Source: Ereboglobus sp. (GTDB taxonomy: Bacteria > Verrucomicrobiota > Verrucomicrobiia > Opitutales > Opitutaceae). Taken from it: DNA of 64,000 bases. How positions within the stretch are numbered: the first letter of the stretch is position 1; every line of letters begins with the position of its first letter. A model generated the notes under the pieces. It was not told the origin of the DNA, made no database searches, and saw only the letters and a program-made list of their open reading frames with translations. Location: contig JARKRC010000063.1 of the NCBI GenBank assembly GCA_029974595.1, positions 149,944 through 213,943 of the forward strand. The letters are read 5' to 3'. Below, in pieces: positions 10,023 through 19,642 of this stretch. Made by a program: the position numbers and the translations under genes.

Positions 10023-11537
10023 TCAGTTTTTCAGGCCGTATTCGTCGAGACGCTTGCGGAGCGTGGCGCGGGTGATGCCGAGCTTTTCGGAGGTGCGCAC
10101 GGTGTTGCCGCCCTCGGCTTTCATCACACGCATGATCATTTCACGCTCCAGGCGCGCGAGAATGGGCTCGCCGGTTTGGGAGAGATTTTCGTGCAGGAAA
10201 TCCAAGGCGTGCTCGATAGTGAGCGGCGGCGCGGCGCGCTCCTGCGCGGCGGGAATTGGCGCGGGTGCCGGCAGCGCGGACGCAGACGCCGGCGGCGGTG
10301 TTGCGGCGGGCTGGGGGAGGGCGGCTCCGGCGTCGCGCACTTCGTGCGGCAGGTCTTTTAACAGGATCGTGTCGCCCTGGGCGATGACGGCGCTGCGGTA
10401 GATTATGTTTTCGAGTTCGCGCACGTTGCCCGGCCAGCGGTAGCGGGTGAGCGCGGCCATCGCCTCGGGGGCGACTTTGCGGACGCGCGTTTTCTTCTGG
10501 CGCGCGAGGTTTTGCACGCAGTAATCGACGAGCTGCGGCACGTCGCCTTCGCGGTCGCGGAGCGCGGGCATGAGGATGCGCACGACGTTGAGGCGGTAAT
10601 ACAGGTCTTCGCGAAACGTTTTTTCGCGGATCATCGCTTCGAGGTCCTTGTTTGTCGCGGCGAGAATGCGGACGTCGATCTTGATGGTCTCGGCGCCGCC
10701 GACGCGCTGGATTTCGCCCTGCTGGAGGACGCGCAGGATTTTGGTCTGCGTGGCAAGGGCCATGTCGCCGATTTCGTCGAGGAAGATCGTGCCGCCGTCG
10801 CAGAGTTCGAATTTGCCGATGCGCTGGTTCATCGCGCCGGTGAAGGAGCCTTTTTCGTGTCCGAAGAGTTCGCTTTCGATGAGGTTTTCCGGAATCGCGG
10901 CGCAGTTGACGGCGATGAAGGGCTTGTTCGAGCGGTGGCTGTGTTTCCAGATGGAGCGGGCGACGAGTTCCTTGCCCGTGCCGCTTTCGCCGGTGATCAT
11001 CACGGTGACGTCGCTGGCGGTGACTTGTCCGATGATTTTGAACACGTCCTGCATGGGCTGGGAGCTGCCGACGATGCCCTCCTTGAAATCGTCGTTCGTG
11101 ATGATGGGTTTGTAGTCGCTGGCGGCGCGGATGTCGGCGTGGGTTTTGAGGGCGTTTTCGGCGAGCGTGAGCACCTTCTGCGGATCGAAGGGCTTCATGA
11201 TGTAGTCAAACGCGCCGTATTTCATGGCTTCGATGGCGGTTTGCGCGGTGCCGAACGCGGTCATGAGGATGACCATTTGCTGCGGGTTGGCGGAGCGGAT
11301 GTGCTGGAGGGCCTCGATGCCGCTCATGCCGCCCATGCGCACGTCGAGAAAAACGAGGGCGGGGGGGGACTTTTTGACGATGGCGATGCCTTGTTCGCCG
11401 CTGGAGGCTTCGAGAATCTGGTAATTGCGGGACGAAAGGACGCGCGCGAGCGAGTAGCGCACTTCCGGGTCATCGTCGATGACCAGTATGGTGGGAGACT
11501 TGGGCGCGCTTGCGGCGGTGGATGAGGTTTCTGGCAT
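10023..11537 (-). CDS. sigma54-dependent response regulator (NtrC family)
   Basis: Receiver domain ([10 protein letters not shown]), AAA+ activator motifs ([23 protein letters not shown]), and a C-terminal Fis-type HTH. No cognate kinase gene is adjacent. Confidence 0.9.
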   Translation of the reverse strand: MPETSSTAASAPKSPTILVIDDDPEVRYSLARVLSSRNYQILEASSGEQGIAIVKKSPPALVFLDVRMGGMSGIEALQHIRSANPQQMVILMTAFGTAQTAIEAMKYGAFDYIMKPFDPQKVLTLAENALKTHADIRAASDYKPIITNDDFKEGIVGSSQPMQDVFKIIGQVTASDVTVMITGESGTGKELVARSIWKHSHRSNKPFIAVNCAAIPENLIESELFGHEKGSFTGAMNQRIGKFELCDGGTIFLDEIGDMALATQTKILRVLQQGEIQRVGGAETIKIDVRILAATNKDLEAMIREKTFREDLYYRLNVVRILMPALRDREGDVPQLVDYCVQNLARQKKTRVRKVAPEAMAALTRYRWPGNVRELENIIYRSAVIAQGDTILLKDLPHEVRDAGAALPQPAATPPPASASALPAPAPIPAAQERAAPPLTIEHALDFLHENLSQTGEPILARLEREMIMRVMKAEGGNTVRTSEKLGITRATLRKRLDEYGLKN

Positions 11538-11688
11538 ATGATTATTTGGCGCTTCCCAACAGACGATAACGTATGGGATGCCGAGTCAAACGCAGGTTTG
11601 CAAAGTGACAGGCGCTCGGGCCTCCAGGCGGAAGTTGAGATCAATTTTACGGCTTTTCGCCGCTGGCGCGCGAGCGCGGCGGCACGAT

Positions 11689-13650
11689 CTACAACTGCAC
11701 CGGCAGGCCGATTTCAAAAATCTGTGTCGGCAGGATTTTGTAGTAATCGCGCACCGGCGTCGCGTTGCGGCTGAGAAACGCGTAGAGGTGCTTCTGCCAT
11801 TCCCACATGCGCGCGTTGCCGCCGGTCATGATCATCTCGCGGTTGAAGAAAAACGTCGTGCTCATGGGATTGAGCGGGATGCCCTGCATTTTCAACCGCT
11901 CGACGATGTTGCCCACGTCGGGTGTCTCCATGTAGCCGTAGCGGCCGATGACGCGCCAGACGCCCGCGCCAAGGAAATCCATGGTCAGCCGCTCGTCGCC
12001 CGGAACCTGCGGCACGTCCTCGGTCGTGATCGTCATCAACACGACCGTTTCCTGCAGGCACTTGTTGGCTTTCAGGTGATGCAAAAGCGCCAGCGGCGTG
12101 CCGCGCGGCGTGCCAACCATGAACACCGCGCTGCCCATGACGCGCGTGATCGATTTGCTTCGCGCGATGCTTGGCAGGTCGAGCTCGGTGAGCGCCGTGC
12201 CGTAAACTTTTTCCTGAATCTCGGCGCGTCCGGTTTTCCATGTGAGCATGATTGCGATGATGGCCCCCGCTATCGCAAGCGGCAGCCAGCCGCCGTCGAG
12301 GAACTTGTGAAGCGTCGAGATAAACAGCGACAGGTCTATGGTCATGAAGAGCCCGCAAAGCGTCAGCGCCTTCCATGCGGGCCAGCGCCAGCGCAGGCGG
12401 CTGACGCGGTAAAACGCAAATGTGGTGACAACCATCGTGCCGGTCACCGCGATGCCGTAGGCCGCGGCGAGCCGGTCGCTTGAGGCAAATGTTATCACGA
12501 TGCCGATCGACAGCACGGCGAGCACGGCATTGATGAACGGCACGTAGATCTGCCCGGCGAGCTCGGCGCTGGTGTGTTTTATGCGAAGGCGCGGGAAATA
12601 GCCGAGCTGGACTGCCGAGCGCGTGAGGGAATAGGCGCCGGAAATCACCGCCTGGCTCGCGATGACCGCCGCAACGATGGACAGCGCGGTGAGCAAGCCG
12701 CGCGGCCAGCCGGTCGGCACGAGTTCGAAAAATGGATTCACCGTCTCGGGATGGGCCAGCACGTGCGCGCCCTGCCCGAAATAATTCAGCAGCAATCCGG
12801 GGAACGCGAACCAGAGCCATGCGCGCGTGATGGCGCCGCGCCCGAAGTGCCCCATGTCCGCGTAGAGCGCCTCGGCGCCCGTCACGGCGAGCACGACCGA
12901 GCCCATGAGTATCGCGGCGCGCGATGGATCGGCAGTGAGCAGGTTGAAGCCATGGATCGGGTTGAGCGAATTGAGCACATCCGGCGCTTCACAGATATGC
13001 CACAGCCCGAGCAGTCCGATCCCGAAGAACCACAGGATCATCACGGGTCCGAACACCCTGCCGATCGCGCCCGTGCCCTTGTGTTGCGCCCAAAACAAAA
13101 CCGCCAGGATCGCGCACGCAATGAGCACGATGAACGGCTGGGCGTTGCCGCCCGCAAAAAAAATCCCCGTGCCTCGCAAGCCTTCCACCGCGCTCAACAC
13201 CGTGATCGCCGGCGTGATCACGCTGTCGCCGTAGAGCAGCGCCGCGCCGAACAAAATAATGACCAGCGCCGTCCCGACGATTCGCCGCGATTTTCCGCCC
13301 GAGAGCGGCTGACCGAACTGGCTCAACGCCAGCAGCGCGAAAATCCCGCCTTCGCCGCGATTGTCCGCGCGCGTGACACACCAGATGTACTTTGCGCATA
13401 CCACGAGCACGAGCGCCCAGAAGATCAGCGACAGCACGCCGTGCACGCCTGCGAGGCGTTCCGGCGCGGGCAGCGTGGCAAGGCACTCCTTCATGGTGTA
13501 GAGCGGGCTCGTGCCAATGTCGCCGAATACAACGCCCAGCGCTCCCACGCACAGCCCCAGCTTGACTTTGTCCTTGCCGTAACCGGGCGGTTGCGCCGCG
13601 CCATCGTTGTTTGCGGAGTTCATGGGTTTATGCGGGCGGGAATTAAACAC
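11689..13650 (-). CDS. kup: potassium uptake protein Kup
   Basis: KUP/HAK family N-terminus (GALGVVFGDIGTSPLYT), multiple TM segments, and a cytoplasmic C-terminal domain. The start could instead be ATG 13623. Confidence 0.93.
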   Translation of the reverse strand: MFNSRPHKPMNSANNDGAAQPPGYGKDKVKLGLCVGALGVVFGDIGTSPLYTMKECLATLPAPERLAGVHGVLSLIFWALVLVVCAKYIWCVTRADNRGEGGIFALLALSQFGQPLSGGKSRRIVGTALVIILFGAALLYGDSVITPAITVLSAVEGLRGTGIFFAGGNAQPFIVLIACAILAVLFWAQHKGTGAIGRVFGPVMILWFFGIGLLGLWHICEAPDVLNSLNPIHGFNLLTADPSRAAILMGSVVLAVTGAEALYADMGHFGRGAITRAWLWFAFPGLLLNYFGQGAHVLAHPETVNPFFELVPTGWPRGLLTALSIVAAVIASQAVISGAYSLTRSAVQLGYFPRLRIKHTSAELAGQIYVPFINAVLAVLSIGIVITFASSDRLAAAYGIAVTGTMVVTTFAFYRVSRLRWRWPAWKALTLCGLFMTIDLSLFISTLHKFLDGGWLPLAIAGAIIAIMLTWKTGRAEIQEKVYGTALTELDLPSIARSKSITRVMGSAVFMVGTPRGTPLALLHHLKANKCLQETVVLMTITTEDVPQVPGDERLTMDFLGAGVWRVIGRYGYMETPDVGNIVERLKMQGIPLNPMSTTFFFNREMIMTGGNARMWEWQKHLYAFLSRNATPVRDYYKILPTQIFEIGLPVQL

Positions 13651-13745
13651 CCTGCGGTGAAAAACACCACACGTTGTTTTTTGCTGATGCGTCCGCCATC
13701 CCTGCCGGCTTTACCGGATGCGGCAGTCCCGCCGGATTTGCGCCA

Positions 13746-14309
13746 TCAGGCTTTTCCACCGCTCGTTTTGGCGGCCAGCTCCTTGATTTTTTTGTCGATG
13801 GCGGCACGCGATTTTTTGGACATGCGGTCGATGAACAGCACGCCGTTGAGATGATCCACCTCGTGCTGGATGCAGCGCGCAAACATGCCGTTGGACACGA
13901 GTTCGTGCGGCACGCCGCCGGCGTCCTTGTATTTTACCGTGATCTCGTCGCGGCGTTCCACGTCGCCGCGAATCCCCGGAAACGAGAGGCAGCCTTCCTC
14001 GATGATTTCCTTTTCGACCGGATGCACCGTCACCTCGGGATTCACGATCACCATCGGCATGATGAGTTCGAGGGGCGGGTGGCTTCCGTCGAGTTCCCAG
14101 TCGAAATTGTCATCCACCTGGGAGACATCGACGACGCACAGTTGCAACGCCTTGCCGATCTGCTGCGCGGCCAGTCCGATGCCCGGCGCGGCGTGCATCG
14201 TTTCGATCATGTCGCGGACAAGCGTGCCGAGCTCAGTGCCAAAGCCATCAACCTTGACACCCTTTTTTCTTAAAATCGGATCGTTATATTGAACTATTGG
14301 AAGAAGCAT
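13746..14309 (-). CDS. def: peptide deformylase
   Basis: Motifs GIGLAAQQIG, EGCLSFPG, QHEVDHLNG. Start set at the internal ATG (MLLPIVQYNDPILR). Confidence 0.9.
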   Translation of the reverse strand: MLLPIVQYNDPILRKKGVKVDGFGTELGTLVRDMIETMHAAPGIGLAAQQIGKALQLCVVDVSQVDDNFDWELDGSHPPLELIMPMVIVNPEVTVHPVEKEIIEEGCLSFPGIRGDVERRDEITVKYKDAGGVPHELVSNGMFARCIQHEVDHLNGVLFIDRMSKKSRAAIDKKIKELAAKTSGGKA

Positions 14310-14380
14310 GGGTCGATGATGGGCCGGATGCTGGGTTTGCGATTGCCGGCCCGCAATCAATATTCTCCATTCGTCAAAGG

Positions 14381-16084
14381 ATGACACAAAAGCGCGAAAA
14401 AAATCACAGCTTGCCCGTGGCGGTTGCCTGGCTCGTCGCCGGGCTCGCGCTGGTCGTGCTCGCATGGATGGTGCCGGTCAACCTGAAATCCGTCACTCCC
14501 GCGCTCCTGAAGGCCGCCGGCGAAAACACGCCCGGCGTCGCCGCCTTCGGGCAGCAACGCCTCGACGCGGAAAAACTCGGCGCGGCCCGCCTCATCCTCG
14601 AAGCCGCGCGCCTGACCGGCGATCCCGGCGCGCCCGGCCTCGAACGCAGCATCCAAAACATCGAGGCGCGCCGTCCCGACTGGGTGCCGTGGGGCGGCTG
14701 GGATCCCTTTCTCGATCCGCTCGTCAAGGACAACACCGCCCGCGCCGAAAGCACGCCGGTGCTGAATTTTTTCATCACCGCAAAAGCCCGCCGCTCGCTC
14801 CAGTCCTTCCTCTCCAACTCCCGCAGCATCGGCGTGCAGACCATCCTGCAAACCCGCGAAAACCAGGGCACGACGCGCTTTGTCCCCGCCAACCGCGCCG
14901 GCGGCGAAGCCCTCGACGCCGTCATCCTCCTCACCGCGCTCCTCTACCAGTCCGAGAACCTTTCGCCCGCGCTCCAGCGCGAACTCCGCGTGCTCGCGGA
15001 AACCGCCGCCGTCGAAAACCAAATGGGGCCGCTCGAAACCTTTTACCTCGATCTCCTCTCGCTGGGCAAACGCCTCAACTGGATGCAACTCTGCGAACTC
15101 CTCCGCGTGAGCGGCAGCACCCGCACCGTCGGCGAGTTTGCGCAGCTCGCCCGCGTTGCCTCCGACAACCTTCCGCTCATCTATACCGCCGCGCTCTATT
15201 CCGGCTCCGCCGACAATGTTGCCGATTACCTCATGGAATACGGCAAACAAGGCCTCGCCGATCTCCGCCTTTCGCTTGCGGACGGACTGGGCGCCGTGCA
15301 GCTCCTTCTCCGCAATCGCGCGCCCGTCAACCACGCCGCGGGGCCGAGCCTTGGCGCCGCCGCCGAACTCGCGCTCCTCAACCCGCGCGTCGCGCTCATC
15401 GCCAAATACGCCGGCTTTTTTGCCGGCGCATTCCTGCTCTTTCACGCGCTGGAGGTTTTCCTCTCCGGCGTCACCGCCGCCGGCGCGCGCATGCCGCCCA
15501 TGCGCTTGCGCAGCGCGCTCCTCGCGGGCATGATTGCGCTCTTCCTTGTTTTTGCCAGCGAACCGTTCCTCATCAAAACGCCTCCTCCCTCCGAATTTAA
15601 ATTCAAACTCTACATGCCCGTGCTGGCCATCGACCAGCCGGACTCGCCCATCACATCAGTTCCAATCACCACCGCCATGCTCGACAACGCCACCATCCTC
15701 TCGATCAGTCTTTTCGCCGCGCTGCAAATCGCAGTTTACGTGATCTGCCTGCTGAAAATCCGCTCCATCGCGCGCCAGCCCGTCCCGCCGCTGCTCAAGC
15801 TCCGGCTCATGGAAAACGAGGAGAACCTCTTCGACTCGGGCCTCTACGTTGGCATCGCCGGCACCGCCGCCGCGCTCGTGCTCCAAGTCCTGGGCCTGAT
15901 CCAGGCGAATCTCCTCGCCGCCTATTCGTCGAACCTCTTCGGCATCCTCTGCGTCGCGCTCGTGAAAATCCGCCATGTCCGCAATTTCAAGCGCCAGCTC
16001 ATCATCGAGTCGCAAGCAGGCGCGGGCGGAAGCCTCCAGACGCCCGCTGCCGCCGCCGTGAAACCCGCCGCAACGAACTTCTAG
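14381..16084 (+). CDS. hypothetical multi-pass membrane protein
   Basis: N-terminal TM segment (VAVAWLVAGLALVVLAWMV), a large soluble middle region, and several C-terminal TM helices. No recognisable family. Confidence 0.6.
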   Translation: MTQKREKNHSLPVAVAWLVAGLALVVLAWMVPVNLKSVTPALLKAAGENTPGVAAFGQQRLDAEKLGAARLILEAARLTGDPGAPGLERSIQNIEARRPDWVPWGGWDPFLDPLVKDNTARAESTPVLNFFITAKARRSLQSFLSNSRSIGVQTILQTRENQGTTRFVPANRAGGEALDAVILLTALLYQSENLSPALQRELRVLAETAAVENQMGPLETFYLDLLSLGKRLNWMQLCELLRVSGSTRTVGEFAQLARVASDNLPLIYTAALYSGSADNVADYLMEYGKQGLADLRLSLADGLGAVQLLLRNRAPVNHAAGPSLGAAAELALLNPRVALIAKYAGFFAGAFLLFHALEVFLSGVTAAGARMPPMRLRSALLAGMIALFLVFASEPFLIKTPPPSEFKFKLYMPVLAIDQPDSPITSVPITTAMLDNATILSISLFAALQIAVYVICLLKIRSIARQPVPPLLKLRLMENEENLFDSGLYVGIAGTAAALVLQVLGLIQANLLAAYSSNLFGILCVALVKIRHVRNFKRQLIIESQAGAGGSLQTPAAAAVKPAATNF

Positions 16085-16085
16085 T

Positions 16086-16194
16086 ATTTTCGATTTTTGA
16101 TTCTCGATTTTCGATTGGGAGCTTCCGCTCCATCTTCGGATTTCAAACCGCGCGGTAGCGCGCAATCGAAAATCGAGAATCGAAAATCAAAAAT
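16086..16194. repeat. intergenic hairpin with 7-nt-word arms (ATTNTYG)n
   Basis: Left arm attttcgatttttgattctcgattttcgattg. Right arm caatcgaaaatcgagaatcgaaaatcaaaaat. The inner 19 nt are perfectly complementary, and the outer words are permuted. Confidence 0.85.
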
Positions 16195-16209
16195 CCATTC
16201 ATCATCCCG

Positions 16210-17598
16210 ATGAACAAGACTCTCCTCCTCATCATCTGCGATTTTCTCCTGCTCAACCTGCTTGCGCTCACGCGCTGGGATGCGCCGGTTACGACGCCCG
16301 CGCCGCAAAACACCCCGCTCACCACCGAGCACAACAACACCCCCGCCGCCACCAAGGATCAGGACCTCGTTGAGCTGATGAAGCTTTCGCTGCAGGACGA
16401 GCAGGCCCTTCGCGCCGAGCTCGCGCGCCAGCTTCAGGACACCGCGCAAAACCTCCAGACCCGCGAGCAAAACCTCGCGCAGATCGAGGCCGAGAAAGCC
16501 AGGCTCGCGCAGAACCTCGACCAGACGCAGCGCAACGTCGCGCTCCTCGCGCAGGAAGCCGACACGGCGAAGCGCGACGCAGGCATCTCCAAGGAACGCA
16601 TCGCCGCCCTCCAGCGCGATCTCGAACACCGCGAAGCCGAGCTCGCCCGCGAAAAATCCAACATCTCCAAACTCGAACAAGACCAGGCCGAGTCGCGCCA
16701 GCGCATCGAAAAACTCAACGTCGCCGTGGCCGTCGCCGAGCAGGAAAAAGTCATGCTCCGCGAGACTGCCGAAACCTACAAAACCCAGGTCGAGGCCGAG
16801 CGCCAGGAACGCCTCAAGGTGCAGGAAACCACCACGCAACTCGCCCAAGGCGTGGGCACCCTCGCCGTCAAGTCCGACGACCTCACGAAGGAAATCCGCG
16901 AAAACCGCCCCATCAACGCCAACACGCTTTTCAGCGAATACATGGCGAACAACGTCCAGGTGCGCTTCGAGACGACGCGTCCCGGGCTTTTCGGCCCCTC
17001 CGCGCGCGTCGCCGACCTCCGCACGATCCTCGTCAGCGATGGCAAGGACACCTTTGCGATCCTGCATGCTGATGACACGCCGTTCGCGATCATCTATCCC
17101 GGCGCCGACATCTCGCGCGTCGCGATCACGCTGATCCGCGGCGCATACAGCACCACCGCGGGAAAAATCAACTTCCTCTCCATCGATCCGCGCATTCTCG
17201 TCATTCCGCTGACGCCCGAACAAGCCGCCGGCCTCGGCGCGAAAGTCTACATGACATCGCTTGAGCCGTTCCGGTTTTCCGACGCGCTCCTCATCAGCGC
17301 CAGCAGCGATCCGACAAAGACGAAATACGTGGAAACGCCCTTCAGACTCGATCCCACGCAACCCGCTTTCGTGCACATGCGCGTGAACTTTTTTTCGAGC
17401 AAGCGAGGCGACATCGTCATCAGCAAATCCGGCGAGCTCCTGGGCATCATGGTCAACAAGGACTACTGCGGGCTCGTGAACAACTTCCTCGCGACGCGCA
17501 CAATCACCGCCGCCGAGGACGCCAGGTCCCAGAACATCGGAGCCCTCATCAACGCGCTCGCCTCGCGCGTGCAAGCCCTGCCGCTGAAATTGCAGTAA
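16210..17598 (+). CDS. hypothetical membrane-anchored coiled-coil protein
   Basis: N-terminal TM segment, about 170 aa of heptad-like E/Q/R/A-rich coiled coil, and a beta-rich C-terminal domain of about 230 aa. Confidence 0.6.
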   Translation: MNKTLLLIICDFLLLNLLALTRWDAPVTTPAPQNTPLTTEHNNTPAATKDQDLVELMKLSLQDEQALRAELARQLQDTAQNLQTREQNLAQIEAEKARLAQNLDQTQRNVALLAQEADTAKRDAGISKERIAALQRDLEHREAELAREKSNISKLEQDQAESRQRIEKLNVAVAVAEQEKVMLRETAETYKTQVEAERQERLKVQETTTQLAQGVGTLAVKSDDLTKEIRENRPINANTLFSEYMANNVQVRFETTRPGLFGPSARVADLRTILVSDGKDTFAILHADDTPFAIIYPGADISRVAITLIRGAYSTTAGKINFLSIDPRILVIPLTPEQAAGLGAKVYMTSLEPFRFSDALLISASSDPTKTKYVETPFRLDPTQPAFVHMRVNFFSSKRGDIVISKSGELLGIMVNKDYCGLVNNFLATRTITAAEDARSQNIGALINALASRVQALPLKLQ

Positions 17599-17603
17599 GA
17601 AAA

Positions 17604-17635
17604 CGGCACGGGCATTTTTGCCTGTGCCGCTTTTC
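17604..17635. terminator. bidirectional stem-loop terminator
   Basis: cggcacgggc-attttt-gcctgtgccg followed by cttttc. It lies between convergent genes. Confidence 0.6.
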
Positions 17636-17670
17636 AATCCAATCGCCGGCGCTTTATGATTCGCGCGCGT

Positions 17671-18501
17671 TTACGGCGCGCGGATGTCGACCTTCGCCGC
17701 GGTCATGTCCCACGGACGCCCGTCGATGATGAACTGGACGCCTGTGTATTGCGCGGATTCCACGCGCAGCGCCTCACGACGAGGCAGGGCGCGCGACTGG
17801 CCCGCGGGGATCGTGCCTTGGTAATAAGTCGTGACCGCCCCGGTGCCTTGCGCGGGCTGGGCGGAAGTCACCTTGACTTCCACGGGAATGGTTTTGGCCG
17901 CTATCGTGACAATCGGCTCGTTGGGTTGCGCCTCCACCCAGATTTCCTTCGGGGGCGGTGGCGCCGACGGGCTGGTGCGTCCGCTCGCGAGCATGACGAT
18001 CAAAACGATGACGACCACGAGAGCGATCGCGATGCCGGCGATCTTGACGATGAGTTTTTTATCGAGCGGCGAGCCGGTCGAGTGCGGGGGCACGAAGGTC
18101 GCCGGATTCCGGCTGGCGGCAGGTTCGGCCGGATGCGCGGTCGCAGCCATCGGCGGGGTGGTGGCGCCGCCTGATTGCCCCGGGCTTGGCTCTTTTTCCT
18201 TGGAAGTCGTGATCTCCATGCGCCCGTACACTTCCCGGTTCACGGAGCGGCTGGGCTTCGTATCGATCCCTTGGTGGAGGGCGTTGTAGTCGGCGATGAT
18301 TTTGTCAGCCGGCAATTTTAGGAAATTGGAATACGAGCGGAGGAAGCCGCGCACATAAATCTCCGGCAGGCGGATGTCGTATTGGTTGCTTTCGAACTTA
18401 TGCAGATAATCGCTGCGGATTTTGGTCGCTTCCGCAGCCTCCCGGATGGAAATGCCCTTGCGCTTGCGGGCTTCTTCAAGACGTTCGCCGATTGATTGCA
18501 T
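17671..18501 (-). CDS. RodZ-like helix-turn-helix membrane protein
   Basis: N-terminal Xre-type HTH (IGERLEEARKRKGISIREAAEATKIRSDYLHKFE), a Pro-rich linker, one TM segment, and a C-terminal beta domain. Confidence 0.75.
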   Translation of the reverse strand: MQSIGERLEEARKRKGISIREAAEATKIRSDYLHKFESNQYDIRLPEIYVRGFLRSYSNFLKLPADKIIADYNALHQGIDTKPSRSVNREVYGRMEITTSKEKEPSPGQSGGATTPPMAATAHPAEPAASRNPATFVPPHSTGSPLDKKLIVKIAGIAIALVVVIVLIVMLASGRTSPSAPPPPKEIWVEAQPNEPIVTIAAKTIPVEVKVTSAQPAQGTGAVTTYYQGTIPAGQSRALPRREALRVESAQYTGVQFIIDGRPWDMTAAKVDIRAP

Positions 18502-18676
18502 GGTGTGAGACTTAGGGAAAAGCCGTGGTTATGGGAAGTGCGAAGTGCAACAGAATTTGTCCGTGGTCGCAAGCGTTGGCGCGCGGCGGCGGTGTTTTTT
18601 CGGCGTGCGCGCGCAATTTGGCTTTGCAACAAGGCGGATTTCACGGCGTTTTACGCCGTTTCCATTTGTCACAATC

Positions 18677-19402
18677 ATGACGATCTATCCAGCCATCGAT
18701 ATCAAGGACGGGCGTTGCGTGCGCCTCACTCAGGGACGCGCCGACCAGCAGACCGTTTATTCGGAAAACCCCGCCGAGGTCGCCGCGCAGTTCAAGGCCG
18801 CCGGCTCGGGCTGGGTGCATGTGGTCGATCTCGACGGCGCATTTTCCGGCGAGTCGCGCAACCTGGCTGTCGTCAAGGCAATCGTCGGCGCGGGCATGAA
18901 GGTGCAGCTCGGCGGCGGAATGCGAACGCGCGAAGCGGTGGAGCGCGCCCTGGGGATGGGAGTCACGCGGGTCGTCGTCGGCACGCGCGCGGCGGAAAGC
19001 GAGGATTTTGTGCGCGAGCTGGTGGCGGCGTTTGGCGGGCGGATCGCCGTTGGCATCGACGCGAAGAACGGCAAGGTCGCCGTAAAGGGCTGGGTCGCGA
19101 CGACAGGCACGGGCGCGTTGACCCTTGCGCAGCGCATGGACGCGCTTGGCGTGGGCACGTTGATTTACACGGACATCGGCACCGACGGCATGTTGACCGG
19201 GCCGAATCTAGCCGCGCAGGAGGCGATGCTCATGGCCGTGAAATGCCGTGTGATCGCATCGGGGGGCGTATCGCGCCAGGATGACGTGACGCTGCTCGGC
19301 AGGCTTGCGAAACGCTATGCCAATCTCGACGGCGTGATCATCGGCAAGGCGATTTACGAAAAACGCGTGGATCTCGTGCAAGCGATCGCCGACGCGGGTT
19401 GA
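18677..19402 (+). CDS. hisA: phosphoribosylformimino-5-aminoimidazole carboxamide ribotide isomerase
   Basis: N-terminus MTIYPAIDIKDGRCVRL and VHVVDLDGA are typical of HisA. Start set at internal ATG 18677. Confidence 0.9.
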   Translation: MTIYPAIDIKDGRCVRLTQGRADQQTVYSENPAEVAAQFKAAGSGWVHVVDLDGAFSGESRNLAVVKAIVGAGMKVQLGGGMRTREAVERALGMGVTRVVVGTRAAESEDFVRELVAAFGGRIAVGIDAKNGKVAVKGWVATTGTGALTLAQRMDALGVGTLIYTDIGTDGMLTGPNLAAQEAMLMAVKCRVIASGGVSRQDDVTLLGRLAKRYANLDGVIIGKAIYEKRVDLVQAIADAG

Positions 19403-19422
19403 ACGGGCGGGGGCGGCAAGCA

Positions 19423-19563
19423 TTTCACCACAAAGGCACAAAGGACGCGAAGAAAGACAAAAAACAGAGGACGGGAGTCAGAAGACGCAAAGTGCATTTT
19501 GATCTCTGTTCTCGGGCCTCTGTCTTTTCCGACCTTTGTGTCCTTTGAGTCTTGGTGGTGAAA
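19423..19563. repeat. long hairpin repeat, family TTCACCACAAAGGCAC (copy 1)
   Basis: Arm tttcaccacaaaggcacaaagg... pairs with ...cctttgtgtcctttgagtcttggtggtgaaa. The second copy is at 61777-61923. Confidence 0.85.
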
Positions 19564-19642
19564 CCTTCCTCGTTTGTGCGGGCGGGTGTTTTTCGATGTT
19601 GCTTCAAACCGTGCGCGGCGCATTCATTTTTGGCTTTTATCA

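Noticed and set aside
9888-10361. ORF 9888..10361(+), 157 aa.
   Set aside because: Its N-terminus is a translation of the palindromic repeat units (…SAGFQPA…CRLEVCAT…). The rest is antisense to the sigma54 activator gene.
16086-16194. Short tandem 7-nt words (also at 7159, 46176 and 57539) considered as possible CRISPR or microsatellite arrays.
   Set aside because: There are no spacers, the units are only 7 nt, and each tract has a complementary partner arm. These are hairpin elements, not CRISPR arrays.
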